A stretch of 64,000 nucleotides of DNA from a virus. Positions 42,962 to 51,688 of this stretch are shown here, piece after piece. The DNA is taken from IMG/VR virus record IMGVR_UViG_3300037851_000476, positions 1 through 64,000 of that record, one strand, 5' to 3'. A model generated the notes under the pieces. It saw only the letters and a program-made list of their open reading frames with translations, did not search any database and was not told where the DNA came from. Within the stretch, counting starts at the first letter, position 1. Each line of letters begins with the position of its first letter. The position numbers and the translations under genes are program-made.

Positions 42962-45900
42962 ATGAGCGGATTAGATGACCTTTTGCAGCGGTTCGAGTCG
43001 ATCAAGCGCGGAGAGGACGGCAAAGCGGTAGATCAGGCGCTTGCCAAGGTTCCCGCACCCCAGCAAGCCGGGACCGTCGAGCTTGATGACATGGAGCAGC
43101 GGTTCACCTCGGCCTATGAGCAGGGCCGGCGCGACCGCGGCGAGGAGCAGGGATACCTCGAAACGATCGGCAAGGGCCTCGTGCGGGGCGCCGAGGGGAT
43201 CGCTTCGGGGGTCGGCTCCATCGGCCATTGGGCCGGCGAGGCGGCCGGGGTCGATCCGCTTGCCAGGGGCGGCAAGTGGATGAGCGAGTACTTCGACAAG
43301 GCCGCAAAAGAGGGCTGGGCGGCTCCCGATCCGGTCGTTTTTAAGGGATCCTTCATGGACCGGCCGAGCCTGAAACGGGCGGCCGGCATTGTCTCCGAGG
43401 CGCTGCCTTCCTTGGCGGCGGCCCTGTTTACGGGCGGGGCGGCGGCGGGAGGGCTGCGAGCGGCCGGAGTTGCGGCGGGAGCTGCGCGCAAAGCAGGCGC
43501 CGCAGCCGGCGCGTTCGGACTTGGCGCGCTCGAAGGCGCTCCGGTCTACGAGGAGGCCAGGAAAGCCGGCAAGGATATCGGTGAGGCCTCGCTGTTGGGC
43601 GGGGCGGCGACCATCGGCACAGGGCTCCTTGAGTTCCTGCCGATCAGCCAGATGATGAAGCCCCTGGCGAAGGGCGGCATCGGCAAGCTCGCCATGAAGG
43701 CGGTTGAGTTCGGCGGCGAGGAGGCAGCACAGGAAGCCACCCAGCAGGTTTTCCAGAACGCCATCGCCAAGTACGGCTACGATGCCACCCGGGATCTCGC
43801 CGAGGGGCTGGCCGAGTCGATCATCGGCGGCTTCGGCTCCGGCGCGATCGCCGGCACCACCTCAAGCCGGATCAACCGCTGGATCGAGGACCGGCGCAAG
43901 CAGGGGGTTCCCGACGATCAGATCTCAAACGACATCGATCAGGTCGGAAACGCCATCGCCGACAGCATGGAGCGCACGGCCGACGAGGTTTCCCAGGCCC
44001 CGGTAACGGATGAAATTGCCACCAACGCCGATGCGATCCTGAAACAGGCCGAAGTACCTGCAGTCGATCCCGAGGACATCCTCATGGGCCGGAAGGTGCC
44101 GATCGAGGACATTCCCCCGGCGCTGCGCAGCTTCACCCCGGGGGCGGCCGTCGCTCCGGCAACCGGCCCGATCACCCCGCCGTCAGCTCTCGATGACATG
44201 CTTTCACGGTTCACGGCCATCCAGCAGGGCGAGGAGCCGCCCGCGCCGGCAGCGGTTCCGCCCGAGGCGGCTGCGGGTCAGCCTATTGAAATACCGCCGG
44301 AAGCAACGGGCGCACCGGCTGAACTGCAGCCAGGGCTGCAGCCTGCCGTCCAGGGACCAAACGACCAAGCGCCGGAGCCTCCCCCGTCCGTAGCTGGCCC
44401 TCCGATTGAGCCCACAGGACCGCAGGGACCGATTCCAGAAGGACCAAAGACCGAGCCGCCAGCAACGCCAGAGGACGCAGGGCAAGCGCCGGAGTCCAAG
44501 CCCGAGGCAGAGGCCGCACCCGTCGCCAAGGAGCCTGTAAAGCGGCCAGCAGGCCTCGACATCCTCCAAGAAAAGCACATTCGCGGCCGAATCGACCAGC
44601 TCGGCAGCCTTGAGGCCGTAAACAAGCAGTATAGCGGCGATACCACCGTTGAAAAGTACGCCCGGGCGCTCGCCGAGGAAAAGTACGGCACGGCCCAGGC
44701 AGCGCCGGCAGCAGCTCCCGCAGCCGGCATCAAGATCGAGGAGCCCGCCGAGATCACCCTCGGGGAGGGCGGAAAGCCGGTCGGCGGCCCGCGCACGGCG
44801 GCCGGGAAACCCGAAAAATTCACCGGCAAACCCGGGATGGCATGGGTAAACGACCAGCAGCGCCCGATCATCGGCGCGAAGGAGATAAACCGGGGCCGGC
44901 TAAAGGGCCATTTCATCGTCACCCTGCCAAACGGCAAAAACAAGACCGTTCCGGCCGGCTCGATCATCCGGATGCCGGAGGCGGCGCCGGCTGCCGAGCC
45001 AGGACAAACGGTGTCCGTGGAAGGACAAACGGTGTCAGAAACCCCGGCCAAAGAGCCGTGGCAGATGACGCTCGCAGATTTCAAGAAAGCGAACCCCAAT
45101 TTTTCAAGACCGGAAGAATACCACCACGATCAGGTTAGATTCGCGCAGCAAAGGAAGCTGGAAGTACCGCCCGAAGTCCTCGCCGGATACCCCGACCTGC
45201 AGCCGAAGGAAGCGCCTCCGGCTGCGCCGCAGAAAACGCCGCAAGTGGATGACTCTACAGCCGGCCTACTACAACGCAAAGCGCAGCAATATGGCTCTGT
45301 TGCCGCTGTAACCGAGGGCGGCAAGGGCATCCCGGTAGGCGCCGAAAGGATAGAGTACAGGTGGCGAGAGGCCGCCATGTACGACATTCTCGACGCCTTG
45401 AAGCAAGGAAAAACATTAGACGAAGCAAGGGATATAGCCAAAGAAAAGGCGAAAAGTCTCATCCTCGAACACAATAAAAGGCGCCCAAAAGATATAAACT
45501 GGCAACGGTGGGAAGGCAGTACAGATTCAACCATCGAAGACACGATCGCTGAAATAAAAAGGATGCAGGCGCAGCCGGCCGAGGGCGTCGGCATCGCAAT
45601 CGAGACACCGGAGGCGCCTCCGGCCGAGGAAGTCCAACCCCATGACGGATGGCGCGACAACCTCATAAAGGCCCGCACCTATGCAAAGGGGCTCGGTGTC
45701 AACCTTGAAGGTGTTGATTGGACCGACAAGGATTCGATCGTCGCTGCGATCGACAGCCACCTAAAAGCGAAGGAGGAAGCTGCTACCCCCAAGGGCGCCG
45801 CCGACCAGATCAACGAAATGTCGATGGAGGAGATCGACAAGGTTCTGGACGATGAGGAGAAAACGGCGACGGCCGCCGAGCAGGAAGCCGCAGCCCCGGC

Positions 45901-46111
45901 CGCCGAGGAAGAAACCCAGCCGCAAAAGCCGGAGGCACCGGCCGAGCAGCCAAAGCCGGGGATAGAGTTGAAGGACATCGAGGTGAACATCAAGGCCCTT
46001 GATGAAAACGGGCGCTCGTATTCGATGAAGGAAAAGGCAGATGTCGCGCTATCCGAGAATGAAAGCCAACTTTCATTGGCGAGGAGGATATTGGATTGCC
46101 TAAATATCTAA
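42962..46111 (+). CDS. 1,049-aa low-complexity protein with a Gly/Ala-rich hydrophobic segment (internal/ejection or tape-measure-like)
   Basis: LFTGGAAAGGLRAAGVAAGAARKAGAAAGAFGLGAL...LLGGAATIGTGLL. Contains Pro/Ala/Glu-rich linkers. Confidence 0.65.
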   Translation: MSGLDDLLQRFESIKRGEDGKAVDQALAKVPAPQQAGTVELDDMEQRFTSAYEQGRRDRGEEQGYLETIGKGLVRGAEGIASGVGSIGHWAGEAAGVDPLARGGKWMSEYFDKAAKEGWAAPDPVVFKGSFMDRPSLKRAAGIVSEALPSLAAALFTGGAAAGGLRAAGVAAGAARKAGAAAGAFGLGALEGAPVYEEARKAGKDIGEASLLGGAATIGTGLLEFLPISQMMKPLAKGGIGKLAMKAVEFGGEEAAQEATQQVFQNAIAKYGYDATRDLAEGLAESIIGGFGSGAIAGTTSSRINRWIEDRRKQGVPDDQISNDIDQVGNAIADSMERTADEVSQAPVTDEIATNADAILKQAEVPAVDPEDILMGRKVPIEDIPPALRSFTPGAAVAPATGPITPPSALDDMLSRFTAIQQGEEPPAPAAVPPEAAAGQPIEIPPEATGAPAELQPGLQPAVQGPNDQAPEPPPSVAGPPIEPTGPQGPIPEGPKTEPPATPEDAGQAPESKPEAEAAPVAKEPVKRPAGLDILQEKHIRGRIDQLGSLEAVNKQYSGDTTVEKYARALAEEKYGTAQAAPAAAPAAGIKIEEPAEITLGEGGKPVGGPRTAAGKPEKFTGKPGMAWVNDQQRPIIGAKEINRGRLKGHFIVTLPNGKNKTVPAGSIIRMPEAAPAAEPGQTVSVEGQTVSETPAKEPWQMTLADFKKANPNFSRPEEYHHDQVRFAQQRKLEVPPEVLAGYPDLQPKEAPPAAPQKTPQVDDSTAGLLQRKAQQYGSVAAVTEGGKGIPVGAERIEYRWREAAMYDILDALKQGKTLDEARDIAKEKAKSLILEHNKRRPKDINWQRWEGSTDSTIEDTIAEIKRMQAQPAEGVGIAIETPEAPPAEEVQPHDGWRDNLIKARTYAKGLGVNLEGVDWTDKDSIVAAIDSHLKAKEEAATPKGAADQINEMSMEEIDKVLDDEEKTATAAEQEAAAPAAEEETQPQKPEAPAEQPKPGIELKDIEVNIKALDENGRSYSMKEKADVALSENESQLSLARRILDCLNI

Positions 46112-46386
46112 ACAGCGCCGATGCCGCCAAGCTGCGGCTCAAGGGGAAAATAAAGCCCTTGGGCGGCGGCGAGGACCGCCTGCTGCCGGATAAAGTGCAG
46201 CCGAAAGAGGCCGCGGAACCGGTCAAGCCCCCGGCCAGGAACGAAAGCTATGAACTCATGCTGCTCTTGCTGTCCCGCGTGGTCAAGGTGCAGGAGCAGC
46301 TTGCGGTCCCAAGGCCGTCGGCGTGGGATTTCACGATTGAGCGGGACGCGGACGGCCGGATCAAAAAAGTTCTCGCCAAGTCGTAG
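46096..46386 (+). CDS. hypothetical protein (96 aa)
   Basis: ORF track. Confidence 0.45.
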   Translation: MPKYLNSADAAKLRLKGKIKPLGGGEDRLLPDKVQPKEAAEPVKPPARNESYELMLLLLSRVVKVQEQLAVPRPSAWDFTIERDADGRIKKVLAKS

Positions 46387-46417
46387 CCCATAAAAAATAA
46401 GGTGGAGGAAAGCCGAA

Positions 46418-48118
46418 ATGACCATCGCAACCGATTTTGAGATTCAAAACGACAAGGATATCCGGTACATCGGCGCGGCTCATGGTGCGGCCGGTGCCGG
46501 CTACTATACGGTGTTGGAGCTGCACCGCTGGCTGCAGGACTTGGCAGACGATGCGGCAGCCGCAGGCGACGATTACATGGACATCACGCGGGATACGCCC
46601 TCTGACAAGTCCTACGACACGATCATAACGCTGATAAACGATTATAACATCGACGCCACCGCTGCCGAACACCTCTACGGGGGCTCGATCATTCAGGATG
46701 GAGGCGACGAAATCTATGACGGCGTTCAGATCGTTGCGGCCGAGGGCTGTCATGTGGAGATCGTGCAAAGCGGGGCGATCATCGCCAACGACTTTTGGAA
46801 CTCCACTCCGAACGGCGAGACAACCGAGGGCCTGAACCGCGATACGGCAAACGGTATCTCGGCCCGCTTCATGGTGATGGTGCGCACGGCCGGGGCCGAC
46901 ACCGACGGCCGCAGGCTCTTGTTCCAGACCCGCGAATGGGGAAAGACTTACTCCGAGTTCAAGGTCAACGGCACCGGCCGGGGGGTGAACGTCGTACCTC
47001 TCACCTACGCCGACGATCTGAACAACGCAACGCTCATCGCAACCATCGCCGCCCTTGTGGATATCACAAACCTGTCTGCGGGCTATAACGGAATCGATGT
47101 CAACAACGACACCACCGACGAGTATTATTACTCCGAATGGGACCGCGGCGGGAACTCCATTAATACGTTTTACGAGTACATGAAGTGGCTGACGCGGCGC
47201 GGGTCGGCCAGCACTCTATACGGGCTAAACGGAGAGCTGTTCAGGGGCATCACCCACGAGATCAACGTGGACAACCCGAGCGCGACCGATTTCTCGGCGG
47301 TTGAGGCGGTGTCATGGTCCGGAGGGACCGGCCAGATGCTTGCCATCAACGATGTGAACAACCCCACGAAAATGTGGATACAGCTTCTAACCGGGGTAGC
47401 GCCGACCGACGGGCAGACGATCACCGGAGGCACCAGCACGGCGACCTGCACGGTTGACACGACCGTTACGGAGCGGTCGCTCTCATTCCCCTTCTGCGGC
47501 GTATCGACGGGTACGGCCTTGATCGGGGCCTACGGGTTCGGGATGCAGGCGCTTGACCTCTCAGCCTCCGATAAGGTGTTTGATCTGACCAACACCATGC
47601 GGCAGGCGCCCAACTACGTCACCTTCACGGTGGGCGGGTTGGAGTTTCCAAACGAGGATTACGTTCTGGTCGCCCCATACGATACGGGAGCCATCGAGTT
47701 TGACCAGATGACGCTTAACGGCGCATTGAGCGGGGCGGCGGTTACAAGCGTGGTGGTAAACGGCACTATTCCAGGCGACACGCCCGCGACCGGGACGATC
47801 CGGATACTGAGGGCAAGCGGCAAGTACACGCGGCATGAATACTCGGCGTGGAGCGGCAGCACGTTCACCATCACCAGCCATGACTTTTCGAGCGACAACG
47901 CGGCAAACGGCGCAAACGTCTTTATTTCCTACATCGACAAACTCGCGGCTGCCGCCTCGGAGAGCTTTACGGCGGTCTATGTCTCCGACCGCTCGTTGTT
48001 TGTGCGGGTCCGCAATGGCGTAGTCGGCGGCGAAGGCCCTATCAAGACGTTTGAAACGCAAGGCACCTTGGGATCGGCCGGGGGATCGGCCACGGCAGTT
48101 AGAAGATCAGACGCTTAA
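46418..48118 (+). CDS. virion-module protein (566 aa)
   Basis: GGTGGAGG RBS. ORF track. Confidence 0.65.
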   Translation: MTIATDFEIQNDKDIRYIGAAHGAAGAGYYTVLELHRWLQDLADDAAAAGDDYMDITRDTPSDKSYDTIITLINDYNIDATAAEHLYGGSIIQDGGDEIYDGVQIVAAEGCHVEIVQSGAIIANDFWNSTPNGETTEGLNRDTANGISARFMVMVRTAGADTDGRRLLFQTREWGKTYSEFKVNGTGRGVNVVPLTYADDLNNATLIATIAALVDITNLSAGYNGIDVNNDTTDEYYYSEWDRGGNSINTFYEYMKWLTRRGSASTLYGLNGELFRGITHEINVDNPSATDFSAVEAVSWSGGTGQMLAINDVNNPTKMWIQLLTGVAPTDGQTITGGTSTATCTVDTTVTERSLSFPFCGVSTGTALIGAYGFGMQALDLSASDKVFDLTNTMRQAPNYVTFTVGGLEFPNEDYVLVAPYDTGAIEFDQMTLNGALSGAAVTSVVVNGTIPGDTPATGTIRILRASGKYTRHEYSAWSGSTFTITSHDFSSDNAANGANVFISYIDKLAAAASESFTAVYVSDRSLFVRVRNGVVGGEGPIKTFETQGTLGSAGGSATAVRRSDA

Positions 48119-48130
48119 CGGGCGGCAACC

Positions 48131-50836
48131 GTGGCCAAAATACGCGATTTAACCGTAACCGAGTACGCTTCCAATACGCTCACCTGGGCGCCGGAAATGC
48201 CGGCCCATGTAAGCGGGGATCTCCTGCTTGTCTTCATCGGCAAGGACGGCAATACCGGGTTCACCGGAACGCCCTCCGGCTGGACGGCCGAGCAGACTCA
48301 AGCCTCGGCCGGCGCCTACATGGCGATCTATTCCAAGGTGGCGGCAAGCGCGGCCGAGACTTTTTCGATCACGCTTTCCACGACCGACACAGGGGTTATC
48401 ATCGTCGTTGCCGTCAAGGATGTTTATTCGGGCGGCGAGGTGAACGTCAGCGGCAAGCTCGGCTCCGATGACAGCACTATCCCGTTTGCCGGGGTTTCGG
48501 GAGTATCCACCAGCCAAGACAACTGCCTCGTCTTTCATATGTGCGGGGGCGATTCAGGCCTTGCGCCCACGGCCTACGCGCCCCTGGTCAACCTCTACTG
48601 CGGGGACGCCACGAACGGCAGCCTGGGGCTCGCCTATACGTTCCAGAAGACGGCCGGGGCCATCCCGCAGGTTGATTGGTTCGGCCGCGGCGCGGACGAT
48701 ACGCGCACCATGCTGATCGCCGTGCGCTCCTCCGGCTCCGGCGACCGGCAGGGATACTCCGACCCTGCAGTTTCCTCGGGGCAAGTGCTGCGTCCGGTGG
48801 TCGGGCTTTCCACCATGTTTTCGGACTCATGGCCGGTTGCGCTTACCTTCGGGATGCTTGGCAACGATTGGATCACGGCCTACAAATACAACGCCCCTTC
48901 CACCTATACCGACATCCTCTCTGCAGCCAACGATGCGACCACGGCCGATGTAACCTTCCCGACCGCTGTCGGCGATATGATTTACCTGGGCGCTGATCGC
49001 AAATTCGACGGCTGCACGGTGAACATCTCGACGGCCGGCGCTGCCGGTGTTCTGGCCTGGGAATACTACAACGGCAGCTCGTGGGTTTCGACCGGCGTAA
49101 CCGGCAGTAACCTTACTGCGACCGGCGTTACCCGTATCACTTTAAGCCCCGTTGCGATCGCGGCGCTCTCGCAAACCACGGTCAACAGCGTGTCGCGCTA
49201 CTGGCTGCGAGCGAGGATCACCACCCTTTACACAACCGCAATCATTATGTCCCAAAGCCGGGAAAGCGGGCGCGTGACCGCCTACATCGTTTCGGCGGCC
49301 TCGGGTGATAACGGGACCAACCCCTACTGCGACGGGGCATCCAACGCCGGCAGCTCCTCCACCGCGAACCTCGCGGGGTTCGAGCATCAGTTCGGCGCCT
49401 CGCTCGACATGGACACCGGCATCATCGTCAGCACCTTCCGCGGGGCGCTGGCGCGGGATCTCGCGGTCGATCAGGCGAAGCCCTTTCCGTTCAACAAGCC
49501 GGGAGGCTGCCAAGTGACCTTTGCCGACGCGAGCGGCTACTATGCGAGCTACACGGTTTCGGCCAAGGGCGCGCTTGATACCAACGTGGACGGCAGAAAC
49601 GTCTTTGCAATCGACTGGAACGGATCGGCCGAGGCCTTCGGCCTGCGCGGCAGCGTGAGTAAGTCGGCTGTGACGCGGCAGCTTTCGACCACCTACGGCT
49701 ATGATGGCGCGGTTGCGATCGTCTGGTCGATGCTCTCGCTTGTGACGCGGATCGGCTTCGCCGGGGGATCCTCCGGCACTCCGCTCGATTTCTCGGAGAT
49801 CGCCGACATCGCCAACAACTGCATCGGCAAGTTCCCGTTTTTCCAGCTTGCGGGCGATGCGGCCCTCATCTATGCGCCGCTGCAGTTCGGCGGGTCAGAT
49901 CCGGTTTACATAAATATAAACTTGAAGACCTTCCAGTTCCCCAGGCGCTACGACGGGGTGGACTATTTCTCGTGGAACGCGGCCGACGATGTGGCCGGGA
50001 TCAAGTTCTATCCGGTCAATTCCGGCGATGTCCTAAAGTTTACCAACTGCATATTCACGAGCCCCAGCCGCTACCGCTGGGAGTTCGACGCGAGCGCAAG
50101 CGCCAGCGCAACGATCGATTTCGCGGGATCGACGGTAATCGGCGCAAACGTCACCCTGCGCGATCTGAACACGGCCTTTGATTCGATGAACTTCATCGAT
50201 TGTCCGGTCTTTACGCAAAATGGGGCCGAGATCACCAACTGCGCTTTTGACAATACGAAAATTTCGGCCAGCTCTCCGGCGAACGCGGCGAAAATCCAAG
50301 ACTGCACCTTTATTTCGGGGGGAACCGGCCATGCCATCGAGATCTCCGGCTCGGCCGCAGACTTTTCCCTCGACGGCTGCCAGTTCAGCGGCTACGCGGC
50401 AAGCGACGGCTCAAGCGGAAATGAGGCGGTTTATGTCAACATCGCCTCCGGCACCATAACGATCTCGATTACTGGCGGCGGGTCAACGCCCTCTATCCGC
50501 ACGGCCGGGGCGACCGTGACGGTCCAAAGCGCCGTAACGGTCAAGGTAACGGTGAAAGACGTTAACACCGGGGCCGCGATTGAAAACGCGCGGGTGCTGG
50601 TCGAGGCGGCTGCGGGCGGCGACCTCTCGGAAGGCACCGATGTTCTGACGGGGCTCACCAATTCATCGGGGATCATCCAGACAACGAGCTTCAACTACAC
50701 CGACGATCAGCCGGTAACGGGCAAGGCGCGGCGCGCAAGCTCCGGCTACGGAACGCTTTACAAAACGAGCCCGATTTCGGCCACGATCACCAGCAGCGGG
50801 CTCGATATAACGGTGTTGCTGATACCGGACGAGTGA
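48131..50836 (+). CDS. tail spike/fibre-like protein with a parallel beta-helix and a carboxypeptidase-regulatory-like C-terminal domain
   Basis: NCIFTS...FIDCPVF...ITNCAFDN...IQDCTFISGGTGHAIEI repeats. VKVTVKDVNTGAAIENARVLVE is present. Confidence 0.65.
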   Translation: MAKIRDLTVTEYASNTLTWAPEMPAHVSGDLLLVFIGKDGNTGFTGTPSGWTAEQTQASAGAYMAIYSKVAASAAETFSITLSTTDTGVIIVVAVKDVYSGGEVNVSGKLGSDDSTIPFAGVSGVSTSQDNCLVFHMCGGDSGLAPTAYAPLVNLYCGDATNGSLGLAYTFQKTAGAIPQVDWFGRGADDTRTMLIAVRSSGSGDRQGYSDPAVSSGQVLRPVVGLSTMFSDSWPVALTFGMLGNDWITAYKYNAPSTYTDILSAANDATTADVTFPTAVGDMIYLGADRKFDGCTVNISTAGAAGVLAWEYYNGSSWVSTGVTGSNLTATGVTRITLSPVAIAALSQTTVNSVSRYWLRARITTLYTTAIIMSQSRESGRVTAYIVSAASGDNGTNPYCDGASNAGSSSTANLAGFEHQFGASLDMDTGIIVSTFRGALARDLAVDQAKPFPFNKPGGCQVTFADASGYYASYTVSAKGALDTNVDGRNVFAIDWNGSAEAFGLRGSVSKSAVTRQLSTTYGYDGAVAIVWSMLSLVTRIGFAGGSSGTPLDFSEIADIANNCIGKFPFFQLAGDAALIYAPLQFGGSDPVYININLKTFQFPRRYDGVDYFSWNAADDVAGIKFYPVNSGDVLKFTNCIFTSPSRYRWEFDASASASATIDFAGSTVIGANVTLRDLNTAFDSMNFIDCPVFTQNGAEITNCAFDNTKISASSPANAAKIQDCTFISGGTGHAIEISGSAADFSLDGCQFSGYAASDGSSGNEAVYVNIASGTITISITGGGSTPSIRTAGATVTVQSAVTVKVTVKDVNTGAAIENARVLVEAAAGGDLSEGTDVLTGLTNSSGIIQTTSFNYTDDQPVTGKARRASSGYGTLYKTSPISATITSSGLDITVLLIPDE

Positions 50837-50840
50837 TTTT

Positions 50841-51449
50841 ATGGCAATTTCGATCGATTGGGCGACCCAAATCATCACGGTGCCGCAGAGCTACCTGACG
50901 CATATTTCGGGTGCGCTCTACGAGCTGGACGTTGACCAGCTCCGGCTGGATCTGAAAGACATCGAGGACTCCGAGGAGGGCATGGCCTTCCCCGACACCC
51001 ACCGGCACAACACGGCCGTAACACTATCGGGAGTTACCTATGCGCGGACGGTGGAGATCATCAACGGCTACACCGTGACGTTTGAAAACGGCAATTACTC
51101 GGTGCGCTGCGTGGGGGCGAACCACAACATCGGCGATGTGAAAAACGTCAATTCGGTCAGCCTCATCATCGGCAACGCCGCGGGCCTGATTTCGGTGTCA
51201 TCCGGTTCGGGGCTCGACGCCTCGCAGGACGCCAAGCTGACGGCGATCAACGCGCAGCTCGCGGAGATAGAGGCCGGCTACGGCCATGCGCAGCTCATGC
51301 GCCTATTTGCTGCGGCGCTGGCCGGGATTGTCAGCGGCGCGGCCGGCACCAATGTCAAATTCCGCGACCTGGGCGACACCAAGGACCGGATCGACGCGAC
51401 GGTGGATCAATACGGCAACCGGTCGGCGGTCGTGTTGGATGCGGATTAA
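50841..51449 (+). CDS. virion-module protein (202 aa)
   Basis: ORF track. Confidence 0.6.
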   Translation: MAISIDWATQIITVPQSYLTHISGALYELDVDQLRLDLKDIEDSEEGMAFPDTHRHNTAVTLSGVTYARTVEIINGYTVTFENGNYSVRCVGANHNIGDVKNVNSVSLIIGNAAGLISVSSGSGLDASQDAKLTAINAQLAEIEAGYGHAQLMRLFAAALAGIVSGAAGTNVKFRDLGDTKDRIDATVDQYGNRSAVVLDAD

Positions 51450-51688
51450 TGTTTGCGCGGTCCTATTTCAGCGGAGCGTATTTTCCACCGGTTTACTTTC
51501 CTCCGGTGGTGGCGCTGGTTGTTGTCATCCCCACCCCTGCCCCTGTGAGTTACGGCGACTACCGGCAGTATGCGGGAAACGGCCCTGGCGGCGCTTTCGT
51601 GCCGATCAGGCGCCAAGCGTGGATTGACGCAAGCGATGATGAGATTGTCGAGCTTATCGCCATCTTCCTAATTTTGATGGGGTCGTGA
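51449..51688 (+). CDS. hypothetical protein (79 aa)
   Basis: ORF track. Overlapping junctions on both sides. Confidence 0.5.
   Translation: MFARSYFSGAYFPPVYFPPVVALVVVIPTPAPVSYGDYRQYAGNGPGGAFVPIRRQAWIDASDDEIVELIAIFLILMGS

Noticed and set aside
45002-45036. Direct repeat GGACAAACGGTGTC x2 with 21-nt period.
   Set aside because: It is a small in-frame duplication (GQTVSVEGQTVSE) inside a low-complexity linker of the 1,049-aa protein. No further structure was seen.
42962-46111. A firm call of tape-measure protein, and hence a long-tailed morphology.
   Set aside because: No tail tube, sheath or chaperone-frameshift genes were recognised nearby. The protein could equally be an internal or ejection protein, so morphology is left open.
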